The notes under the pieces were generated by a model. That model had not been told where the DNA came from and did no database searches. It was given only the letters and a program-made list of their open reading frames with translations. The position numbers were made by a program, and so were the translations under genes. From Patescibacteria group bacterium (GTDB lineage: Bacteria > Patescibacteriota > Doudnabacteria > UBA920), in assembly GCA_036726225.1 (NCBI GenBank), contig DAIMCS010000001.1, positions 397,856 to 461,855 on the forward strand: DNA of 64,000 nucleotides, written 5' to 3'. Within the stretch, counting starts at the first letter, position 1; each line of letters begins with the position of its first letter. This document shows, in pieces, positions 25,851-35,029 of this stretch.

Positions 25851-26123
25851 ATGGAACTGACAAAAACTCAAGCGGCGATTTTGGATATCTTGCGGGTGAA
25901 AAAAGGGTGCACGTTTGCAACCCTTTGTCTCAAGCTTAATCTGGCACTAGAGGTGAAGTTGACGTTGGATGCAGTTAAGCAAGAACTTCACCCTCTGGAA
26001 GAGATGAAATTGGTTGTTAAAAAAATGACCAAAGATCGCGAGCTCCACTATCACCTGACCTGGCGTGGGAATAAAACCAAGGTCAGACTAAAAAAAAGCT
26101 ATCAATCACAAGGGACGGGCTAA
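25851..26123 (+). CDS. small hypothetical protein, possibly winged-helix
   Basis: ORF with GGAGGAACTA RBS. Confidence 0.4.
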   Translation: MELTKTQAAILDILRVKKGCTFATLCLKLNLALEVKLTLDAVKQELHPLEEMKLVVKKMTKDRELHYHLTWRGNKTKVRLKKSYQSQGTG

Positions 26124-26292
26124 CGCCTGTCCCTTTACTTTTTCCCGGCTAAATGCTATTATTTTATCTACTAATTAAATATTTTCAACCCTTCTGTCCA
26201 ATTTGGTGGTAGGATCTAGGATCGGTTTTTTAACCTCTCCCCTGACCCCTCTCCATGAATTGGAGAGGGGAAATCTATAAGGAAAAACTATC

Positions 26293-26460
26293 ATGGGTGT
26301 ACCAAAAAAACATAAAACCCGTTCGGGGCGTAACCAGCGCAGAAGCCACCATGCTTTATCTGTGAAATCTTTTGCTGTTTGTAAAAATTGCGGGGCTTCA
26401 ACCATGCCTCATTTGCCTTGCAAGAACTGCGGATATTATAAAGGCAGAAAAGTTGTCTAA
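26293..26460 (+). CDS. rpmF: 50S ribosomal protein L32 (bL32); below the 60-aa cutoff of the ORF track
   Basis: MGVPKKHKTRSGRNQRRSHHAL…CKNCG…CKNCGYYKG is the L32 signature with two CxxC pairs. Confidence 0.8.
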   Translation: MGVPKKHKTRSGRNQRRSHHALSVKSFAVCKNCGASTMPHLPCKNCGYYKGRKVV

Positions 26461-26562
26461 GGTTGTATAAAGTATTAGGTATAAGGTATTATGTATAGGG
26501 GTTAAAAACCTTTATACTTGATACGTAATACTTAATACTTTTTTATTTGTGAAATAAAAATT

Positions 26563-27003
26563 ATGGCTAATCGTCATCTATCCCGTACCATTGCTATGCA
26601 GTCCCTTTTTGAATGGGATTTTAACGGACGGAGCGGGGATTTAAAATCCATCACCAAAAACCATATTGACGAATTTAACAGCAAAGGTGACGACACAGCT
26701 TTTATTTTTGACCTTGCGACCGGCGTTGGGAAAAATTTGACCGCCATAGACGAAATAATAGTAAAGCACGCCCCGGAATGGCCAATGGAGCAAATCCCAC
26801 CGGTGGACAGAAATGTCTTGCGGCTGGGAGTATATGAACTAATGTTTTTAAAACAGGTGCCGCCTAAGGTAGTTATTAATGAAGCGGTGGAATTGGGCAA
26901 AACTTTTGGGGGAGAATCTTCCGGCAAGTTTGTAAACGGAGTGCTGGGAGCGCTTTACAAAGAGTTGGGCTTTGAGGAAAACAAAGAGGAAAAACCCGAG
27001 TAA
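26563..27003 (+). CDS. nusB: transcription antitermination factor NusB
   Basis: NusB-like all-helical protein: [17 protein letters not shown]…. Confidence 0.8.
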   Translation: MANRHLSRTIAMQSLFEWDFNGRSGDLKSITKNHIDEFNSKGDDTAFIFDLATGVGKNLTAIDEIIVKHAPEWPMEQIPPVDRNVLRLGVYELMFLKQVPPKVVINEAVELGKTFGGESSGKFVNGVLGALYKELGFEENKEEKPE

Positions 27004-27178
27004 CAAAAGAGGTTTTTCTCCGTTGTTAATTATACCAATAAGTGATTGTTTGTATAATTGGAAAATTTTGTAAAATCAGCTATAATGGTTACTGAAATAT
27101 AAATATAAAATAATAAGGCCCTCTAAAGGCGGGTCCCTGCCTACCGCAGGCAGGCGCCTGTGGCGGAAAAGGAGATTT

Positions 27179-27469
27179 ATGAATAAACTACAACTTACAG
27201 AGCAATTGGCAGCAAAATTAAGCATTACGCACAGCGAAGCGGAACGTTTCTTAAATACCTTAATTGGTATGGTTTACGACACCCTGCGCGGCGGTGAAAA
27301 AGTAAACATCTCCGGTTTTGGCCAGTTTAGTGTTTCGCATCGCGCTTCCAGAATTGGCGTAAATCCGCGAAATCCTTCCCAGCGAATTACCATTCCGGAA
27401 TTAAACACGCCCAAATTTAAAGCCGGTGAAGCTTTTAAAGAAGCGGTGAAGCTTAGGGCGCAAGCATAA
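27179..27469 (+). CDS. hup: DNA-binding protein HU/IHF family
   Basis: ISGFGQFSVSHRASRIGVNPRNPSQRITIPELNTPKFKAG beta-arm motif. Confidence 0.85.
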   Translation: MNKLQLTEQLAAKLSITHSEAERFLNTLIGMVYDTLRGGEKVNISGFGQFSVSHRASRIGVNPRNPSQRITIPELNTPKFKAGEAFKEAVKLRAQA

Positions 27470-27530
27470 TTAATGAACACGGATAATTACTGATTAACAC
27501 GCCTACCTTCCGTAGGCAGCTAAACAAAAA

Positions 27531-27578
27531 AAGCCCCTCCGCCCACTGGCGGATTTGGGGTTTTTTTGTTTTTGCAGA
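27531..27578 (+). terminator. terminator after hup
   Basis: GC stem followed by T-run. Confidence 0.55.
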
Positions 27579-27719
27579 AATTTAGGGTTCCCAAAAATCA
27601 GGAGCGCAGTCCCGCCGAAGGCGGGGCGAGCACGGATTTTTGGGAAGAGGGGCAACAAGACGAAGGCTACAGCGGCCCAAATACTTTTGGGACGCGAAGC
27701 CGCAGTCTTGATTGACCCG

Positions 27720-27793
27720 TGGAGCGGGTAGGGGGAATCGAACCCCCCGCAACAGCTTGGAAAGCTGTGGTATTACCACTATACGATACCCGC
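27720..27793 (-). tRNA. tRNA-Gly (anticodon TCC), CCA encoded
   Basis: Hand-folded cloverleaf: acceptor GCGGGTA/TACCCGC, D-stem GTAT/ATAC, anticodon stem ACAGC/GCTGT with loop TTTCCAA, T-arm GGGGG-TTCGATT-CCCCC. Confidence 0.85.
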
Positions 27794-27805
27794 GCGTCGC
27801 AACTT

Positions 27806-27996
27806 GCTCCGGGCTTGCGTCCCGATCTGGAATCGGGACTTACGCCCTACGCAGTTGCTCCTCATCCCAAAAATTCCTTATTCATTGCCTTCCTGAATTT
27901 TCGGGAGCCCTTTTTATCGCACCACGCTCCGAGCTTTCGTCCCGATATGGAATCGGGACTTACGCTCTCCGCGGGTGCTCCTCTCCCCAAATTTTC
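27806..27996. repeat. two tandem ~72-bp repeat units (period 120 bp, ~80% identical), each an imperfect long hairpin centred on GTCCCGATNTGGAATCGGGAC, abutting the 5' end of tRNA-Gly
   Basis: Units at 27806-27877 and 27926-27997; no ORF. Confidence 0.7.
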
Positions 27997-28140
27997 CCTG
28001 CATTAGTCTAAACGGAAAATTTGGGCCCCCCATAATATACATCTCGTTTTTGAGAGGTCTATTATCAGCAGTAATTTTATCTTTTTTGACAGAAAAAATC
28101 AACACGCTTTTTTGACAAAAAGCCGCCGGCCGATTAATGT

Positions 28141-28446
28141 ATGAAAATAGCGTATCTGAAACGGAGGCAACTGATGAAGAGGACGTGTTTAGTGATTATG
28201 GTTATGTCAGTGCTGCTTATGGGCTGCGGCAACGCTTTAAGCTTTCGCTTAAAAGAAGTCACCCAGCCAAAAGTAAACGGCATTGACATTCGGGTGCAAC
28301 CCTTCAAGCGGGTCTACCCGGCTGAACCTAAATTTGTGCCACAATCAGCCCCTTTCCTGCCTAAAAAACAGAAAAAGGAAAACCACCGACCGTCTATGTC
28401 GAAAAAAGTGCAGCTTGCAGGCAATCTGCACAGTGGCGGCCGGTGA
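28141..28446 (+). CDS. small putative lipoprotein (lipobox LLMGC)
   Basis: Signal peptide plus Cys lipobox; GC-rich. Confidence 0.45.
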   Translation: MKIAYLKRRQLMKRTCLVIMVMSVLLMGCGNALSFRLKEVTQPKVNGIDIRVQPFKRVYPAEPKFVPQSAPFLPKKQKKENHRPSMSKKVQLAGNLHSGGR

Positions 28447-28454
28447 GCGGCGCG

Positions 28455-28484
28455 GCGGGGATTGTGATTTATCACAATCCCCGC
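28455..28484 (+). terminator. terminator hairpin GCGGGGATTGTGA-TTTA-TCACAATCCCCGC
   Basis: Perfect 13-bp stem. Confidence 0.6.
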
Positions 28485-28499
28485 AATACATATCCCTAA

Positions 28500-28528
28500 T
28501 TGACAGCAAGCGGAAAAAAGAGTACAAT
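28500..28528 (+). promoter_or_regulatory. sigma70 promoter TTGACA-17-TACAAT driving the metK leader
   Basis: Consensus -35, 17-nt spacer. Confidence 0.55.
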
Positions 28529-28559
28529 ATTTAAAATTGTCTGCAATAGGCGGACTTAA

Positions 28560-28665
28560 ATAATTAATTATCAAGAGCCCCCGATGTCCATCGGGGCGGC
28601 AACCCGCTTTAAAGCTTTCCGGTTAAAGCGAAGGTGCCATCTCATCAATTTGATGAGGATAAAGA
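28560..28665 (+). ncRNA. candidate SAM riboswitch (SAM-I clan, possibly a SAM-I/IV-like variant) in the metK leader
   Basis: UUAUCAAGAG…GGCAACC…AAGGUGCCA core elements in the SAM-I order, hairpins in P2/P3 positions, terminal hairpin CTCATCAATTTGATGAG before the RBS; sits upstream of metK, the classic target. Confidence 0.5.
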
Positions 28666-28679
28666 AAGGAATTTTTTTA

Positions 28680-29858
28680 ATGCCAAAAAATAACAGCCAG
28701 GTAAAATTGTTCACTTCAGAATCCGTGACCGAAGGCCATCCTGACAAAGTTTGTGACCAGATTAGTGATGCCATCTACGACGAAATGATGCGCCAGGACA
28801 AAAAGACGCACGCGGGTATAGAATGTTTTGCCACCACCGGACTTGTAGTTGTGGGCGGGGAAGCCAGGACTAAAGCTTACGTAGACATTCAGGGAGTTGT
28901 AAGGCGGACTTTAAAAAAGATCGGTTACGACAAACCCGAATACGGTTTTTGTCATTCCGACGTTGGCGTAATTTCCACACTTCACGAACAATCGCCCGAC
29001 ATAGCCCAGGGGGTAGACGAAGGCAAAGGCGAATTTAAAGAAATGGGCGCCGGCGACCAGGGGCTGATGTTTGGTTTTGCGTGTGACGAAACGCCAGAGC
29101 TTATGCCCTTGCCAATAACTTTGGCTCATAAGCTAACTAAAAAATTGGCCGACGTACGTAAAAACAAAAAGCTGCCGTACTTGCGTCCTGACGGAAAGTC
29201 GCAGGTGAGCATTGAATATGTTGGAGGCAAACCCAAACGTGTGGCCACGGTAGTTATTGCGGCTCACCATAGTGAAGATGTAAGCACGGAAAAATTACGC
29301 GCCGATGTTTTAAAATTTGTAATTAAGCCGGTACTTGGAAAGTGGTTTAACAAGAACATCCAAATTTACATAAACTCCACGGGCAGGTTTGTGCTTGGCG
29401 GCCCGCCGGCAGATGCCGGCCTTACGGGACGCAAAATAATTGTCGACACTTACGGCGGCTACGCCCCTCATGGCGGCGGCTGCTTTTCGGGCAAGTGCGT
29501 TACTAAAGTTGACCGCAGCGCCGCGTACGCCGCGCGCTACATTGCTAAAAATGTGGTTGCATCGGGCTTGGCAAAAAAATGTTTGGTGCAGTTAGCCTAT
29601 GCCATTGGCGTGGCCAAACCGGTTTCGGTTTTTGTGGACACTTATGGTACCGGGAGGATCGCGGACAATAAATTGGAACGCATTATAGAACAAATTTTTC
29701 CTCTCAAACCAGCCGACATTATTAAACAGTTAAAATTAGAGCGCCCCATTTACGAGCAAACTGCGGCTTACGGCCACTTTGGCAGAAGCGACCTAAAACT
29801 ACCTTGGGAAAAGACGGACAAAATTTCGGAGTTAAGGAAGCTGGCAAACAAAAGGTAG
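28680..29858 (+). CDS. metK: S-adenosylmethionine synthetase
   Basis: [49 protein letters not shown]. Confidence 0.9.
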   Translation: MPKNNSQVKLFTSESVTEGHPDKVCDQISDAIYDEMMRQDKKTHAGIECFATTGLVVVGGEARTKAYVDIQGVVRRTLKKIGYDKPEYGFCHSDVGVISTLHEQSPDIAQGVDEGKGEFKEMGAGDQGLMFGFACDETPELMPLPITLAHKLTKKLADVRKNKKLPYLRPDGKSQVSIEYVGGKPKRVATVVIAAHHSEDVSTEKLRADVLKFVIKPVLGKWFNKNIQIYINSTGRFVLGGPPADAGLTGRKIIVDTYGGYAPHGGGCFSGKCVTKVDRSAAYAARYIAKNVVASGLAKKCLVQLAYAIGVAKPVSVFVDTYGTGRIADNKLERIIEQIFPLKPADIIKQLKLERPIYEQTAAYGHFGRSDLKLPWEKTDKISELRKLANKR

Positions 29859-29901
29859 GAGTGGTATAATAGGCGCATCTAAAAAATAATAATTTAAACT
29901 T

Positions 29902-30819
29902 ATGACAATTGCTTATCTGATTTTAGGTTTTCTGGTGATTTTGGTTTTGTCCGGCATTCGAATTGTGCAGCAAAATTCTGTGTATGTAATTGAGTTTTTG
30001 GGTCGTTTTAACCGCATAATGACTGCGGGACTGAATTTTAAAATCCCGTTTTTAGAACGCGTCTCGGAACGCGTAACTTTACGCCAACAGAACTTTGCTT
30101 TAAAAAACACCTATCCTTCCAAAGACAAAGTTATTGTAGACATATCCACCAACCTTATTTACGCCGTTGACCCTACAGAAGAAGGGGTAAAGCGCTACAC
30201 TTATTCTTTAACCGCGCGTGGCCAGTCCATTGGCGCGATTATAGAAAATTCGCTTCGCACTTATGTGGCCAAAGAAACTCACGAAGGCATTTTGGAAAAA
30301 AAGGAAGAATTGGCCGCTCACATTCGGGGGGATTTGGAAAAGCAATTTGCCGAATGGGGTATGTTTATTTATTCTTTTCAAATTATGGAAATAAGTTTTC
30401 CGCCTACTATTACCCAGGCTATGAGTGAAGTTGTGGCATCGGAACAACTTAAAAAAGCAGCGGAGTATAAAGGTGATGCCATAAAAATCCAGGCGGTTAA
30501 AGAAGCCGAAGCCGAAAAAGAGCGCAAGCGTTTGCAGGGTGAAGGTATTGCGCTGGAGCGCGAGGCCATTGCCAAAGGACTTAAAGAGTCTATAGAAATT
30601 GTAAAAAATGCCACGGGCCAGAATTCCCGCGAAATTATTGCGTTGCTTACTTTAAACCAATATTTAGATACTATGAAAAGCATGGCCAACGACGCCAGAA
30701 GCAAAGTAATTTTTATGGACACTAGCGTTAAAACCACAACTAGTATGACTGAACAGTTAATAGCAGCTTTTGAGGCTCAAGGCGAAGACAGGGAGCCCAC
30801 AGTTCCTACAAAAAGGTAA
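29902..30819 (+). CDS. SPFH/band-7 (stomatin/prohibitin-like) membrane protein
   Basis: N-terminal TM then SPFH core and coiled-coil tail. Confidence 0.8.
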   Translation: MTIAYLILGFLVILVLSGIRIVQQNSVYVIEFLGRFNRIMTAGLNFKIPFLERVSERVTLRQQNFALKNTYPSKDKVIVDISTNLIYAVDPTEEGVKRYTYSLTARGQSIGAIIENSLRTYVAKETHEGILEKKEELAAHIRGDLEKQFAEWGMFIYSFQIMEISFPPTITQAMSEVVASEQLKKAAEYKGDAIKIQAVKEAEAEKERKRLQGEGIALEREAIAKGLKESIEIVKNATGQNSREIIALLTLNQYLDTMKSMANDARSKVIFMDTSVKTTTSMTEQLIAAFEAQGEDREPTVPTKR

Positions 30820-31238
30820 AATAACTCTTATTTATAGCAAAAAATAGGCACACTTATTGACAAAGTGCCTATTTTTTGCTATTGTTGTATGTTAACTTTT
30901 TAACAATACAATATATGTAAAAGCAAATATTACAGGAATATTTTGCTTTTTTTACGCCCGTAGAATGTTTTTTAAATATCTTCCTGCGGGTTTTTTATTT
31001 GAACAGAATTTTGTAAGTTGAATGTAATTTCCAAAGTTGTGTTCGAATAAGGTAAGCAAAGTCAGAAAAGGAAAAGGAGGAAGAACAGAAGAATGTTCAG
31101 GTCAATTTTTGTTTCAATTTTTGAGACCCTCTTCCCGCCCCTAGAATTGGGGCCAGAGCGGAGGGTTGAACGACAACAAAAACGATGCCGCAGGATTTGT
31201 AATAATCTGTCGGCAAAACTGGAACTGGCAAGGAGAAT

Positions 31239-31661
31239 TTGAACATGAACATGGATGAGAAGCAGGCCAAAAAAATCCGCCAACGGTTGGCGGATGAACA
31301 CCAAAAACTCATCGACATCATCCACCGTAACCGGTTGGCGGAGGAAGAAATAAACCAAGTGCACACGGAAGATGTGAGCGACTTGGCCACCATCAGCCAT
31401 AACAAGGAGCTCCTGCTTAACTTCCGCGAAGGCGACTTCCAGCGCCTCAAATCAATTGAGGAAGCGCGACAACGGTTGGACAGCGGGCGGTACGGAGAGT
31501 GCGTCCGCTGCGGCGAGGATATTGCCGAAAAACGGCTAAAAGCCGTGCCCTGGGCAACATTGTGCGTTAAGTGCCAGGAGCGCAATGAGTCGGCCAAAAA
31601 AAGCAGGCCTGTTCTGGTCGGCTTCGATAGTCAGGAAGAAGAGCCTGACGAAGAGGGCTAA
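31239..31661 (+). CDS. DksA/TraR-family C4 zinc-finger protein
   Basis: Coiled-coil N-terminus then CVRCGEDIAEKRLKAVPWATLCVKCQE. Confidence 0.65.
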   Translation: MNMNMDEKQAKKIRQRLADEHQKLIDIIHRNRLAEEEINQVHTEDVSDLATISHNKELLLNFREGDFQRLKSIEEARQRLDSGRYGECVRCGEDIAEKRLKAVPWATLCVKCQERNESAKKSRPVLVGFDSQEEEPDEEG

Positions 31662-31786
31662 ACTTGAGGCTATGGGAAAAGTGTATACGCCAGCGCGTTA
31701 CACTTTTCCCAACCTATTTTAAGAAAAAAGTTTTACTTCCAAATTTGTTTGCGAAATTGTTTCGTGGGCAGGTTTGAAAGTAAAAA

Positions 31787-32035
31787 TTGGAGGCAACAAT
31801 GGCAAAAAAAGGGAACTCGGAGTTAATGCCCGAGTTAGAGAAAGCGTTAAAGGATTGCAATAACCCGATGGAGAGGGTTGGTCTCGTTCGGAAATTATCT
31901 GAATTACTCGAGGCAAGAAGCGGAGAGTTGGTTTTGGATGACGAAAGAGGCCAGCTCGTTGTAAGGCTTGCATCGGGTGACCGGGAAAAGGTCATTCAAG
32001 CATTCATTGACAAGTATCCCCAAAAGTCTAAGTAA
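31787..32035 (+). CDS. small hypothetical protein
   Basis: ORF with GGAGG RBS. Confidence 0.35.
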   Translation: MEATMAKKGNSELMPELEKALKDCNNPMERVGLVRKLSELLEARSGELVLDDERGQLVVRLASGDREKVIQAFIDKYPQKSK

Positions 32036-32154
32036 ATTTTAGACCGGAGAAGGCGCTGCGATAGCCAGCCTTCTCCAAACCTTAAAATTCGTAATCCACC
32101 GGCCGGCGGATAATTGTGAATTTTGAAGTTTGACACAACAGAGGAGGAGAAGGT

Positions 32155-32871
32155 ATGAAATTAGGATTTTTGGTAGTGGTAATTTTGGTAGTTGCGTTCG
32201 GCTTGGGGAGCATTATGGACAAGCAGCCTCGGCCTTTCTCAGAAGAAGCGCCAAAGCTCCAGCCACCTCCTGTGGTGGCAACGGTGGAGAGCGCGGAGCG
32301 TCTCGGACATATAAAGCATCTCCAGGAAATTTGGAAATGCGTCGGAACAGACTGCTGGCAAACACGGAGGTTTGCCACGTACGAATGCCGAATGAGCAAC
32401 CGCTTTGCCGAGGTGCGTGAGCTGCACCAATCTCTGTCTTTGGAAAAAGCCATTGTAGTGGATCCAACTGTAGCGGACTTGTTAGTTAGTCCCACAGATC
32501 CACGAATGAATGTGGATATGGAAAAGTTGGAGGGCTTTCGTCAGAGAACCGGCAAGCTGTACGCAGAGCGCCTGGTCAGCGACTTTGAGGACTATGTAGA
32601 CAGAGACAAGCAGTCACTACAGCTGTGTGATCTTCACAACCCTCAAGCCACAGTGAGGCTCAACCTGGACGGTTTGCTGGGTCGTATAATGGAGGTGTCG
32701 GAGGACTCGGGCCTTAAGGGAAAGTTTCCGACCGACCGCGAAATTGGCAATATGGTCGATTTTACTATTGACGAACAGCTACGGCTGTATAAAAGTGGTA
32801 AAAGGACCGCCAGCCAGGTTCGGCTTTATATTGAAGCCTGGTTTAGGGATCCTGACAAATACCTTCCATAA
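32155..32871 (+). CDS. hypothetical membrane-anchored protein (one TM)
   Basis: ORF with GGAGGAGAAGGT RBS. Confidence 0.45.
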   Translation: MKLGFLVVVILVVAFGLGSIMDKQPRPFSEEAPKLQPPPVVATVESAERLGHIKHLQEIWKCVGTDCWQTRRFATYECRMSNRFAEVRELHQSLSLEKAIVVDPTVADLLVSPTDPRMNVDMEKLEGFRQRTGKLYAERLVSDFEDYVDRDKQSLQLCDLHNPQATVRLNLDGLLGRIMEVSEDSGLKGKFPTDREIGNMVDFTIDEQLRLYKSGKRTASQVRLYIEAWFRDPDKYLP

Positions 32872-33088
32872 ATCTGCCAGTTAAGGGAGCGCGCGATGTG
32901 CATTATAATCGCCGCTCCCTCCTTCCAAGTTGTCAGTGAGACTTGTTTTTTCATCCCGTCCTTTGTTTACAAAGAGCGGGAGGAAAATCCTGTACAGGTC
33001 TTGCTGGCAGCTTTGAGGGAAGCGCAAAACATAAACGCCATTAGGGCCTTTTTTGTTTGATTTACAAATTTAATGTAAAATAAAACAT

Positions 33089-35029
33089 ATGCAAAATAAC
33101 CTTGAAAGTTTAGCCAAGCTCGTCCGATATCATTCTTTAGTTTCCACCACAGCAGCAGGCAGCGGGCATCCGACTTCGTCTTTGTCGGCTGCAGATTTAA
33201 TGACAGTTTTAATGTTTGGCACATCGCAGAATCACGCGGAAGAGACTGCGATCACGGAATCATCCGCTTCCGCTAAAGCTTCGGCGGACAGGCGCGGAGA
33301 CGGAGCTTTTTTCCATTCAGATTTAGACAACCACGAAAACCCCAACAATGACCGGTTAATTTTTAGCAAAGGGCATGCCAGCCCTTTGTTTTATGCTTTG
33401 TACGCGGCGGCCGGAAAAATTACAGAAGATGAGCTTAAAACTTTACGCAAATTTGGAAGCAAGCTGGAAGGCCACCCGACTTTGGAATTTAAATATACCG
33501 AAGTACCGACGGGTTCTTTGGGCCAGGGTTTATCAGTCGGCCTGGGTATGGCGCTTAATGCGCGCTTAGAAAAATCTACTTATAAAACTTTTGTTTTGCT
33601 CGGCGACTCGGAGATGGCCGAAGGCAGTGTGTGGGAAGCCATGGCCGCGGCATCACATTCCAATCTTTCCAATCTCGTAGCAATTTTAGATTGCAACCGG
33701 CTGGGCCAAAGAGGCGAGACTATGTATGGCCACCATACGGAAATTTACGAAGCCCGCGCCAAAGCTTTTGGCTGGGAAACCGTGGTGGTGGATGGACATA
33801 ATATTAGCGAGATCGAGAAAGCTTATAAGTTAATAAGCGAATCAGTTAATAAGCCCTTAATGATTATTGGCAAGACTTTGAAAGGCAAAGGCGTATCGTT
33901 CATAGAAGACAAAGAGGGTAAGCACGGAGTGGCGCTTAAGCCGGATGAGTTGGAAAAAGCTTTGGCAGAATTGGGGACGATTGATAAAACGGTGGGGATG
34001 GTAGCAAAACCAGATAATAACTCCCCCCAACCCCCTCTTATTTTAAGAGGGGGTGCCGAAGGCGGGGGAGTTAAATTTACAGACTACCCTAAAGACAAAC
34101 CGGTTTCCACGCGCAAGGCTTATGGCAATATTTTGCCTAGTATAATTGAAAGTTTTACCAATGCCGTGGTGCTGGATGCGGAAGTCAGCAACTCGACTTT
34201 TGCCGAAACTGTGAAAAAAACGCATCCGGAAAAGTTTTTTGAAATGTACATTGCCGAACAAAATATGGTTGGCGCGGCTTTGGGTTTTTCGCGCCGGGGC
34301 AAAATTCCTTTTGTTTCCACTTTTGCCGCGTTTTTGTCCCGCGCTTTTGACCAAATCCGCATGTCCCAGTACGCCAAAGCCAACATTAAGTTTGTCGGCT
34401 CGCACGCAGGCGTTAGCATTGGGGAAGACGGTAGCAGCCAAATGGGTTTGGAAGAAATTGCAATATTTAGAACTTTGCTGGATTCGGTTGTGCTGTATCC
34501 TTCGGACGCAATTTCAGCAGAAAAATTAGTCCACGAGGCGGCCAAGCACCAGGGTAATGTTTATATACAAACAACACGCAAAGATACAGCTATTTTATAT
34601 ACACCTACCGATGAATTTAAAATTGGCGGCTCGCGCGTATTAAAATCATCTTCGACCGATAAAGCTACAGTAGTCGCCGCTGGCGTAACTTTGCACGAAG
34701 CAATGGCTGCTTACGAAGAATTGCAAAAAGAAAATATTAACATCCGGGTAATTGACCTTTATTCTATTAAACCTCTCGATGTTGCCACGCTGCAAAAGGC
34801 TGCAACTGAAACTAAACACCTAATTACAGTCGAAGACCATTTTGTGGAAGGGGGAATTGGCGAAGCGGTTTCGTTTGCGCTCTCTGCTCTGACAGAACCT
34901 AATTTGCATTTTAGTAATTTAGCGGTAAGAAAAATGCCAAAAAGCGGCAAGCCCGAAGAACTTTTGGCATTTGAGGAAATTGATAAAAAGGCTATAATTA
35001 GGGCAGTAAAGCAGATGCTGAATAAGTAA
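33089..35029 (+). CDS. tkt: transketolase, full-length (N- and C-halves fused) with an inserted linker
   Basis: GSGHPTSSLSAADLMTVL, DRLIFSKGHASP, C-half core, EDGSSQMG motif. Confidence 0.9.
   Translation: MQNNLESLAKLVRYHSLVSTTAAGSGHPTSSLSAADLMTVLMFGTSQNHAEETAITESSASAKASADRRGDGAFFHSDLDNHENPNNDRLIFSKGHASPLFYALYAAAGKITEDELKTLRKFGSKLEGHPTLEFKYTEVPTGSLGQGLSVGLGMALNARLEKSTYKTFVLLGDSEMAEGSVWEAMAAASHSNLSNLVAILDCNRLGQRGETMYGHHTEIYEARAKAFGWETVVVDGHNISEIEKAYKLISESVNKPLMIIGKTLKGKGVSFIEDKEGKHGVALKPDELEKALAELGTIDKTVGMVAKPDNNSPQPPLILRGGAEGGGVKFTDYPKDKPVSTRKAYGNILPSIIESFTNAVVLDAEVSNSTFAETVKKTHPEKFFEMYIAEQNMVGAALGFSRRGKIPFVSTFAAFLSRAFDQIRMSQYAKANIKFVGSHAGVSIGEDGSSQMGLEEIAIFRTLLDSVVLYPSDAISAEKLVHEAAKHQGNVYIQTTRKDTAILYTPTDEFKIGGSRVLKSSSTDKATVVAAGVTLHEAMAAYEELQKENINIRVIDLYSIKPLDVATLQKAATETKHLITVEDHFVEGGIGEAVSFALSALTEPNLHFSNLAVRKMPKSGKPEELLAFEEIDKKAIIRAVKQMLNK
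34018..34073. repeat. G/C-rich palindromic mini-element in frame inside tkt (AACTCCCCCC…CCCCCTCTTATTTTAAGAGGGGG…GGGGGAGTT)
   Basis: Encodes NNSPQPPLILRGGAEGGGV in the inter-domain linker; nested hairpins. Confidence 0.55.

Noticed and set aside
26175-26405. 76-aa minus-strand ORF
   Set aside because: Overlaps the convincingly identified plus-strand rpmF (L32) gene, which the ORF track missed only because it is 55 aa
27712-28011. Overlapping plus-strand ORFs of 99 and 95 aa
   Set aside because: They span the tRNA-Gly gene and the tandem 72-bp repeats; the amino-acid repeats simply mirror the DNA repeat, and there is no RBS
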